From an uncultured Eubacteriales bacterium (GTDB lineage: Bacteria > Bacillota > Clostridia > Christensenellales > CAG-138): DNA of 64,000 bases. Made by a program: the position numbers and the translations under genes. The DNA lies in assembly GCA_902792295.1 (NCBI GenBank), contig CADAZC010000001.1, positions 290 through 64,289 on the forward strand, read 5' to 3'. How positions within the stretch are numbered: the first letter of the stretch is position 1; the number at the start of each line of letters is the position of its first letter. Below, in pieces: positions 57,426-64,000 of this stretch. The notes under the pieces are model-generated. The model saw only the letters and a program-made list of their open reading frames with translations, was not told the origin of the DNA and made no database searches.

Positions 57426-58390
57426 TGCGTACGGCAGCAAAAGTTTGGCTTATCATTGCGGCGGTTCTCGTCGTGGGGGGACTGGTTCTGTTCGGCATCG
57501 TCATGTCGGCAAAGCAGTGGGATTTTTCCGAATTGGGCGTCGGCGGTAAAAATCAGATCAAAACGTACCGGATCACCGAAGCGTTCCAAAGCATTTCAAT
57601 GGAAACGGACACCGCGGATATCTGCTTCGTCCCGTCCGCCGACGGAACATGCAGGGTCGAATGCTGTGAATCGGAACAGGAAAAGCACACCGTTGTCGTT
57701 CTGAACGGCGTGCTGACGATCCGGCATGTCGATGAAAGGGAATGGTTTGAGCGCATCTCGCTCTTTGCGGAAACGCCGAAGATCACCGTTTATCTGCCGG
57801 CAGGGGAATACGATTCGCTTGTGATCACGGAACATACCGGAGATATCGAGCTTCCGGAGGCGTTTTCGTTCCGGACCGCGGATATCACCGCAAGCACGGG
57901 CGACGTGAAGACCGCCGCGTCCGCGGAGCGCATTGCGATTCAGACGAGCACGGGGGATATTGCCGTCGAAAATGTGAAGGCGGACACGATGGAACTCTCC
58001 GTTTCGACGGGCAGAGTGACGGTGCAGTCCGTTGCATGCACGGGCGGGCTTTCGATCTGCGTCAGTACCGGAAAGACACAGCTCACAGACGTATCGTGCG
58101 GTTTGTTGATCTCGACGGGCAGCACGGGCGATCTTTCGATGAAGAATACGGTCGTCGCAACGATGCTCTCGATCGAGCGCAGCACCGGCGACGTGCGGTT
58201 CGACGGCTGCGACGCCGCGGAAATCACCGTGAAGACCGGCACGGGCGACGTCACGGGCACGCTGCTTTCCGACAAGGTGTTTCTCACCGAAACCGGCACG
58301 GGCAGGATCGACGTCCCGAAATCGACGGTCGGCGGCAGGTGCGAAATCAAGACCGATACCGGTGACATTAAAATCGACATTGTCGGGTAA
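57425..58390 (+). CDS. DUF4097-like beta-repeat protein with N-terminal TM anchor
   Basis: TM helix followed by repeated STGD(I/V)...(V/I) beta-strand units. The ATG at 57425 overlaps the upstream stop. Confidence 0.6.
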   Translation: MRTAAKVWLIIAAVLVVGGLVLFGIVMSAKQWDFSELGVGGKNQIKTYRITEAFQSISMETDTADICFVPSADGTCRVECCESEQEKHTVVVLNGVLTIRHVDEREWFERISLFAETPKITVYLPAGEYDSLVITEHTGDIELPEAFSFRTADITASTGDVKTAASAERIAIQTSTGDIAVENVKADTMELSVSTGRVTVQSVACTGGLSICVSTGKTQLTDVSCGLLISTGSTGDLSMKNTVVATMLSIERSTGDVRFDGCDAAEITVKTGTGDVTGTLLSDKVFLTETGTGRIDVPKSTVGGRCEIKTDTGDIKIDIVG

Positions 58391-58474
58391 TGGGGCTACC
58401 GCATCCGGGGGATTTGTGATGATACAGGAATAAACGATAACAAACAACAGCAGGATCAGTTCAAAAGGATAAAA

Positions 58475-58498
58475 GGAGCGGCTTTGCCGCTCCTTTTG
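58475..58498 (+). terminator. intrinsic terminator
   Basis: GGAGCGGC / GCCGCTCC stem followed by TTTTG. Confidence 0.75.
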
Positions 58499-58592
58499 TT
58501 CAAGTTAACAAGCGGGGAATTATTTTTTCTTGCTTTTTTTGACATGTTCTGGTAAGATACAATCAAATACAGTTCAATTTTTGATGAAATAG

Positions 58593-58616
58593 AAATGTTT
58601 TTGAACAAAAACATTT
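58593..58616. promoter_or_regulatory. perfect 11-bp inverted repeat (operator-like)
   Basis: AAATGTTTTTG-AA-CAAAAACATTT, downstream of the promoter-like TTGCTT-17-TAAGAT. It overlaps the ORF-track ATG at 58595. Confidence 0.45.
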
Positions 58617-59548
58617 GCTATACATCCGAAGGAATAAAAGGGGTTTTGAAATTGAAGCAGGAATTAACGAGAAAACAGTTTGATCTTTTGGAGGCGTTCG
58701 CAAAGAAAGGCAAGTCCTTGACACAAAGGGAACTGATGGCATGCACAGGATATTCACTGGGCTCAGTTAATCGCACGGTAAAGGAACTTGTTTCATTAGG
58801 TTACGCTGCAAACGGTATGATCACGGCATTGGGGCTTGAAGCGCTGGAGCCGTACCGTGCCAAGCGTGCAGTATTCATTGCAGCGGGATTCGGTTCCCGT
58901 CTTGTTCCGATCACATTCAACACGCCGAAACCGCTCGTCCGCGTACATGGCAAGCGTATTATTGATGGGCTGATCGATGCATGTCTCAAAGCCGGTATCA
59001 ATGAAATCTATATTGTACGAGGGTACCTTTCTGAACAGTTTGATCAGTTGCTCTATAAGTACCCCATGATCCGCTTTCTGGAGAATCCGCTTTATAACGA
59101 AGCGAACAATATTTCCAGCTCGCTCGTGGCGCGGTATCTGCTGTCGAACGCCTACGTGTTTGAGGCGGATCTCCTGATCAAGAACCCGGATATCATTACG
59201 AAGTATCATTACACTTCCGATTTTCTTGCAATCAAAAAAGACCGGACGGACGACTGGTGCTTCACTGTTAAGGATGGCATCATCGTCGAGGAGAAAGTCG
59301 GCGGGCTTGACTGCTGGCAGATGGTCGGCATCTCCTATTGGAATGAAGCGGACGGACACAAGCTGTCACAGGATATTCCGGACGTATACAGTTCCCCGGG
59401 CGGCAAGGAACGGTATTGGGAACAGGTTCCGCTTGTTTTCCGCAAGCAGAATTACGCCGTTGAGGTTCGCGAATGCTTCGACGAGGATATCGTTGAGATC
59501 GATACGTTCCGTGAATTGAAAGCAATCGATAAAACGTATGACGTTTAA
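58595..59548 (+). CDS. winged-helix domain fused to a LicC-family cytidylyltransferase
   Basis: N-terminal MarR-like LTRKQFDLLEAFAKKGKSLTQRELMACTGYSLGSVNRTVKEL. Then AVFIAAGFGSRLVPITFNTPKPLV...YWEQV...IVEIDTFRELKAID, colinear with pneumococcal LicC. The true start may be a TTG at 58646 or 58652, after AAAAGGGG. Confidence 0.7.
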   Translation: MFLNKNICYTSEGIKGVLKLKQELTRKQFDLLEAFAKKGKSLTQRELMACTGYSLGSVNRTVKELVSLGYAANGMITALGLEALEPYRAKRAVFIAAGFGSRLVPITFNTPKPLVRVHGKRIIDGLIDACLKAGINEIYIVRGYLSEQFDQLLYKYPMIRFLENPLYNEANNISSSLVARYLLSNAYVFEADLLIKNPDIITKYHYTSDFLAIKKDRTDDWCFTVKDGIIVEEKVGGLDCWQMVGISYWNEADGHKLSQDIPDVYSSPGGKERYWEQVPLVFRKQNYAVEVRECFDEDIVEIDTFRELKAIDKTYDV

Positions 59549-59583
59549 CGAAAGCAAAAGTTAGAGAGGGTCTATAAAACAGT

Positions 59584-61068
59584 ATGAAGAAGAATCTGGA
59601 AAAGAAACAGGCGGAGAACAAGAACGAACTGAAACGTATGCTCTCCCCGATGCATGTCTGGGCGATCGCGTTCGGCTGCGTCATCGGCTGGGGGTCGTTC
59701 ATCAATCCGGGCAAGAAATTCCTGCCCAATTCCGGCGTCGCGGGTACCGCGATCGCCATGTTCCTCGGCGCGCTGGTCATGATCATCATTGCATTCAGCT
59801 ACGCGTACATGGTTCCGAAACATCCGAAGGCGGGCGGCGAGTTTACGTTTACAAAAGCCTGCTTCGGCAAAACGATGGCGTTCGTCTGCGGCTGGTTTTT
59901 AGTGGTCGCGTATCTCACCAACGTTCCGATGAACAGCACGGCGATCGGTCTGATCGTAGACGGTCTTGACGGTTCCGCAGATATTCTGAAATTCGGGTTC
60001 CATTATACGATCGCAGGATTCGATATCTACATGGGCGAGATGATGCTTGCCATGGCGATTCTTATCCTGTTCGGGTGGCTGAATATCATCGGCGTCAAGA
60101 AAGCGGCGTTTGTGCAGACGATCCTTGCCTCCGTGCTTGTCATCTGCGTCTTCACGCTCTGCATCGCCGGCATCGTCAGCGCAAAGGCGAAGGGGATCAA
60201 TATGCAGCCGATCTGGGGCTTTGACAAGAAAGCGGCGATCGAAGCGAACGTGAACACCTCGGGGATCGGAGAATACGCGCATAAGGGGACTGCGGGCGTC
60301 CTTTCGGCGATCCTTGCGACCTTTGCGATCGCGCCGTGGGCATATGTCGGATTCGACGCGATCCCGCAGGCGGCGGAAGAGTTCAAGTTCTCGTATAAAA
60401 AGGTCAGCTTCATCATGGTCATCGCGATCGTGTTCGGCTGTTTTGTGTACATCTCCAACAACACCGTTGCCGCAGCTGCGCTGGAAAACTGGCCGGATCG
60501 CGTGATGGCGGGCGAATGGGTGCTTCTGATCGCAGCGGAAGAGCTTCTGGGAACCTTCGGCAAGGTATTGATCGGGCTCGGCGTTTCCTGCGCGGTTCTG
60601 TCCGGCATCATGGGATTCTATCTGGCGTCGAGCCGTTTGATGTATTCAATGAGCCGCGATGGCTACCTGCCGGAATGGTTCGGCAGAGTCGACAAGAAAT
60701 ACGGCACGCCGAAGAACGCGATGCTGTTCTGCATCCTTATCAGTCTTTCCGGTCCGATTCTCGGCCGTGAGGCGTTGGGCTGGTTTGTTGATATGAGCGC
60801 CATCGGCGCATCGATCGGTTATTTCTTCACCTGTTTGAGTACGCTGATCACGGCAAAGCGTGAGGGTGATGCAACTCCGTTCCTGAAAATCATGGCGACG
60901 ATCGGCGTCTGCTTCTCAGTCGCATTTATGATTTTGCAACTTATCCCGATTCCCGGCCTTTCCAGCGTCCATTTCGGCAAAGAGTCCTATATTATGTTGG
61001 CGGTCTGGGTTGTGCTCGGTTTGATCTTCTACGCGGTACAGTGGAAGCATTTTCGCGCAAATGACTGA
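59584..61068 (+). CDS. APC-superfamily amino acid/amine permease
   Basis: 494 aa with about 12 TM helices and N-terminal LSPMHVWAIAFGCVIGWGSF, typical of APC permeases. Confidence 0.75.
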   Translation: MKKNLEKKQAENKNELKRMLSPMHVWAIAFGCVIGWGSFINPGKKFLPNSGVAGTAIAMFLGALVMIIIAFSYAYMVPKHPKAGGEFTFTKACFGKTMAFVCGWFLVVAYLTNVPMNSTAIGLIVDGLDGSADILKFGFHYTIAGFDIYMGEMMLAMAILILFGWLNIIGVKKAAFVQTILASVLVICVFTLCIAGIVSAKAKGINMQPIWGFDKKAAIEANVNTSGIGEYAHKGTAGVLSAILATFAIAPWAYVGFDAIPQAAEEFKFSYKKVSFIMVIAIVFGCFVYISNNTVAAAALENWPDRVMAGEWVLLIAAEELLGTFGKVLIGLGVSCAVLSGIMGFYLASSRLMYSMSRDGYLPEWFGRVDKKYGTPKNAMLFCILISLSGPILGREALGWFVDMSAIGASIGYFFTCLSTLITAKREGDATPFLKIMATIGVCFSVAFMILQLIPIPGLSSVHFGKESYIMLAVWVVLGLIFYAVQWKHFRAND

Positions 61069-61091
61069 TGCGATTTATTGTGTGCTTGAAA

Positions 61092-61126
61092 CTCCTTTCC
61101 CGATTGATTCGGGAAAGGAGTTTTTT
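61092..61126 (+). terminator. intrinsic terminator
   Basis: CTCCTTTCCCG / CGGGAAAGGAG stem followed by TTTTTT. Confidence 0.8.
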
Positions 61127-61201
61127 ACAATAGCAGATGAAAATGGCGGAGTCACGGGACTGCCTTGACATCTTTTTTATGTGCAATCCGGCATTTTGTT
61201 C

Positions 61202-61231
61202 TTGCCAAGCATCGCCGGTTCTTAGTATAAT
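61202..61231 (+). promoter_or_regulatory. sigma-A-like promoter of the lipase-like gene
   Basis: TTGCCA-18-TATAAT. Confidence 0.5.
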
Positions 61232-61289
61232 AAATTAATATGCAAAGCATGTTTGTATCGAGAAATCGCCAAAGGAGAAATTGAGTATC

Positions 61290-64000
61290 ATGATGAACCG
61301 GAAGAGACTGCTTTCCCTGCTCACGGCAGTGCTGATGCTGCTTGCGACGCTGCTTACGGGACTGACGCCCGCGTTCGCGGAAGGAGAAGAACCTTCCGAG
61401 CCCGTTTCCGTATCCGGAGAAGAGGGCGACGGCGAGGGTGCAATCGAGCTTCCCGCCGATACATTCGATGATGAAGCGCTTTCTGCGGACGATACGCGCA
61501 CGGAGGAGCTTCCTGCGGAGGAGGAAGAGCCGCAGGAGGAGCCCGAACCGATCGATCCGGAAGCGGACACCGACAACGACGGGATAAAGGACATCGATGA
61601 GATCGAACTGTTCGGTACCGACCCCGAGAACGCGGATACCGACGGCGACGGGCTTTCGGATTACGATGAGCTGCATGATCTCGGCACGAATCCGCTCGAT
61701 CCCGATACGGACGGCGACGGCCTTTCCGACGGGGATGAGAAGAAGGTATACGGCACCGATCCGAAGAGCAGCGATACGGATGCCGACGGCATCTCCGACG
61801 GCGACGAGAAAAACAAATACGGTACCGATCCGTTGAATCCCGATACCGACGGCGACGGGGTTGCGGACGGCGACGAATTGATCCTCGGCATGGATCCCAA
61901 AAAGGCGGAGGATCTTTCCCGCGTGTTTCAGTCGTCCGACGGAATGGTCGACGGCGTCACGATCGAGGGCTATGCGCCGTTCGTGCTGTTCCGCGAGGGC
62001 GTCGTGATGCCCTACGGCGTGGATTCCTTCCTCAACAATCCGGCGCTTGTGGGCACACCGGCTGAGATCCGTTTGCCCGAAGGCGGCGATCTGACACTGA
62101 AACTCACGGTCGACAGCAAGGCAAAGCAAATCGGACTCTTTCTGCTGACCGAAAAAGGCGTCGTGCGTCTCGATGCAAAACAGGACGGCAAGACGTTTAC
62201 CGTGCCGCTTACGGAAAACGGCGTTTATTATGTCATGGATCTCGAAAAACTTGCCGGTCTTTTCGGTGCGAAAAGAAGCGAGGAGGAATCGGAAGATACA
62301 CTCGTTTTGGACGATTTTCATACCGTCACGCTGGCGGCGCCTTTGACTGCGGGCAGTGACACCGATACCGACGGCGACGGCATCCCCGACTGCGAGGAGG
62401 TCGGCGAGCCGTACGAGATCGACCTCGGCGACGGAACGACCGTAACGGTTTATGCGTTCCGCTCCGATCCAACGCTTGTTGACTCCGATTTCGACGGCAT
62501 CCGGGACGATATCGATACGCTGCCGAGAAGCAACAACTTCTCCGCCACGTACAAGAGCGGCAACTTTACGATCAACCTCACGTATTCCATGGACTACCGG
62601 GATTTCCTCGGCGACAACACGGTTTACAATACGGCGATCGCGAGCTTCTCGGTCTGGGCGGCGCAGCTTGCGTACGACAACGATATCACATTCACGCCGG
62701 GCGAGACGCTCTATGACAGCGACGGCAGCGTAATCACAAACGCGCGGCGCATCGACATGCTCATGCGTGCGCACGGCATGCAAAACGTCATCGACTACCA
62801 GCTGGAGAACGGCTACTTCGACAGCGACGTCAGCCTCGGCGCGTACAGCGACGACAACATCACCGAGGTCTTCTTCGGTCATCACAAGGTGGCGGACGAC
62901 GACGGCAAGGAGTATGAGATCATCACGGTCTTCGTCCGCGGCACGAACGGCACCGAAAAGGAATGGTGCTCTAACTTCGACGTCGGCGATCTGCACCGCT
63001 TCCTGGACGATTATGACTGTGTCGAAGGAAAGAATCCCCGTCAGCTCAACGCGGACTGGAACCGCAAGTCGAACCACCGCGGCTTCGACATCTGCGCGAC
63101 GCGCATCTACCGCGCGCTCGCGGCGTATATGAACAAATTCGTGGATTCCGAAGCGACGCCGATCTTCTGGCTTGCCGGTCACTCCCGCGGCGCGGCGATC
63201 GCGAACATCGTCAGCGCGTCCTGCATCGATGAGGGACATAAGATCTTTGCCTATACCTACGCTTCTCCGAACACCACGGCGAATACAGAGGCGTCGGCGG
63301 CGAAGTACGACTGTATCTTCAACCTCATCAACGGCGACGACTTCGTTCCGATGCTGCCGATGCCCGAATGGGGCTTCACCCGTTACGGCAGATCGGCGAC
63401 CATTGCCGCGCATAACGCGTCGAACAATCAGCGCAGCAGCATTCTGAACACGACGTCGTATTCGTATTCCAATGACCTCGCCACGTTGGTCAACAAATTT
63501 ACCGTCATGTCGACGGACGGCTGGCGCGACGTGTACGTCTATCACTGCTACGGCACGAGCGGCATCGATCACGTCGAGGTGCATCAGCATGCCGGCGAGA
63601 CCATCGGGGACTATATCGCCGGATCCAGAATGGACTTCGGCACGAACAGCAACTGGAACGACTACAACGAGCATACCAAGAAGTACAGCTACTGCGTCAA
63701 GGACAAGGACGGCGGCCTTTTTGGGCTCGGCAACAAGTGGTCCTGCTGCCAGACGCCCGCTTACGCGATGCAGATCCTGGCGATCACGATGGGCAACCTC
63801 GGTGTTTCCGCGGGTTGGAGCTTCCTGACGTCCTATAAGCTTGCGGACCGGTTCGACTTCGGCAAGACGAGCCTGATCACGAACTATGCGACCAAGATCG
63901 CCGACCCGCACTACATGGAGAACTACTACCTGATCCAGACGGCGCTGCTTTCGGATCCGGATTCGACGTTCAATACGAATAATTCGCTCTACACGAACGC
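61290..64000 (+). CDS. secreted thrombospondin-type-3-repeat protein with class-3-lipase-like alpha/beta hydrolase domain (3' end outside window)
   Basis: My own translation from the ATG at 61290 (RBS AAAGGAG). Signal peptide MMNRKRLLSLLTAVLMLLATLLTGLTPAFA. Five or more DTDGDGxSDxDE calcium-binding repeats. Nucleophile elbow WLAGHSRGAAIAN (63177-63191), then NGDDFVP. The frame is open to 64000, so it is absent from the ORF track. Confidence 0.75.
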   Translation, partial: MMNRKRLLSLLTAVLMLLATLLTGLTPAFAEGEEPSEPVSVSGEEGDGEGAIELPADTFDDEALSADDTRTEELPAEEEEPQEEPEPIDPEADTDNDGIKDIDEIELFGTDPENADTDGDGLSDYDELHDLGTNPLDPDTDGDGLSDGDEKKVYGTDPKSSDTDADGISDGDEKNKYGTDPLNPDTDGDGVADGDELILGMDPKKAEDLSRVFQSSDGMVDGVTIEGYAPFVLFREGVVMPYGVDSFLNNPALVGTPAEIRLPEGGDLTLKLTVDSKAKQIGLFLLTEKGVVRLDAKQDGKTFTVPLTENGVYYVMDLEKLAGLFGAKRSEEESEDTLVLDDFHTVTLAAPLTAGSDTDTDGDGIPDCEEVGEPYEIDLGDGTTVTVYAFRSDPTLVDSDFDGIRDDIDTLPRSNNFSATYKSGNFTINLTYSMDYRDFLGDNTVYNTAIASFSVWAAQLAYDNDITFTPGETLYDSDGSVITNARRIDMLMRAHGMQNVIDYQLENGYFDSDVSLGAYSDDNITEVFFGHHKVADDDGKEYEIITVFVRGTNGTEKEWCSNFDVGDLHRFLDDYDCVEGKNPRQLNADWNRKSNHRGFDICATRIYRALAAYMNKFVDSEATPIFWLAGHSRGAAIANIVSASCIDEGHKIFAYTYASPNTTANTEASAAKYDCIFNLINGDDFVPMLPMPEWGFTRYGRSATIAAHNASNNQRSSILNTTSYSYSNDLATLVNKFTVMSTDGWRDVYVYHCYGTSGIDHVEVHQHAGETIGDYIAGSRMDFGTNSNWNDYNEHTKKYSYCVKDKDGGLFGLGNKWSCCQTPAYAMQILAITMGNLGVSAGWSFLTSYKLADRFDFGKTSLITNYATKIADPHYMENYYLIQTALLSDPDSTFNTNNSLYTN
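61566..61897 (+). repeat. coding tandem repeats (TSP type 3 / calcium-binding D-x-D-x-D-G)
   Basis: DTDNDGIKDIDE, DTDGDGLSDYDE, DTDGDGLSDGDE, DTDADGISDGDE, DTDGDGVADGDE, spaced by (L/K)(F/Y)GTDP(x)3. Further copies lie near 62360 and 62480. Confidence 0.85.

Noticed and set aside
61566-61897. Periodic DNA repeats considered as a CRISPR-like or VNTR array.
   Set aside because: The repeats are in frame and encode D-x-D-x-D-G calcium-binding motifs. Their spacers are also conserved coding sequence (GTDP), so this is not a CRISPR array. No CRISPR array or cas gene is seen anywhere in the window.
61152-63911. 919-aa minus-strand ORF, the only long ORF the track lists across this stretch.
   Set aside because: The plus strand encodes a signal peptide, TSP3 repeats and a GHSRG lipase motif. 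The minus ORF has no recognisable features.

Overview
High-GC (about 60-65% by eye) chromosomal segment from a spore-forming Clostridia-type Firmicute. The lineage is inferred from sigK with a pro-sequence, a SipL-like SPOCS/LysM protein, a SleB-like hydrolase and Bacillus/Clostridium-style synteny; an Oscillospirales-like origin is only a guess. About 60 protein genes are present. No rRNA, tRNA, CRISPR array or transposase was recognised. Layout: (1) 1-21.4 kb, a co-directional housekeeping block: rpsU (partial), tdk, rbgA, rnhB, yraN, comM, dprA, topA, trmFO, hslVU, rnj, mltG, sigK. It is interrupted at 3.5-8.7 kb by two giant GT-C glycosyltransferases plus GtrA. (2) 21.5-26.3 kb: prs, a self-contained operon of two paralogous small acidic lipoprotein-like genes plus a radical SAM/SPASM enzyme, a carD-like gene and a CofE-like gene. 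(3) 26.3-34 kb, a mixed-strand accessory-like stretch: a decayed symporter relic, an SGNH hydrolase, membrane HTH proteins, a low-GC DUF2975/YozG pair, DUF4349, dapF and a SipL-like protein. (4) 34-42.7 kb: gdhA, a Na/Pi cotransporter, an ABC exporter, tcdA, a metallophosphoesterase and a ParB-like/BMP fusion. (5) 42.8-53.7 kb: a guanine riboswitch controlling xpt and a stand-alone GMP synthase ATP-PPase paralog, then a tightly packed pyrG-glnA-dapL-glmS-guaA-ddh array. (6) 53.7-64 kb: a MerR/ABC module, a PadR/DUF1700/DUF4097 module, a lower-GC wHTH-LicC/APC permease pair, and a large secreted TSP3-repeat lipase-like gene that runs off the window end and is missing from the ORF track. The best candidate for an undescribed system is the 22.68-24.35 kb peptide/radical-SAM operon. 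All family assignments come from motif recognition by eye; no database search was possible. The many long antisense ORFs in the track are high-GC artefacts.
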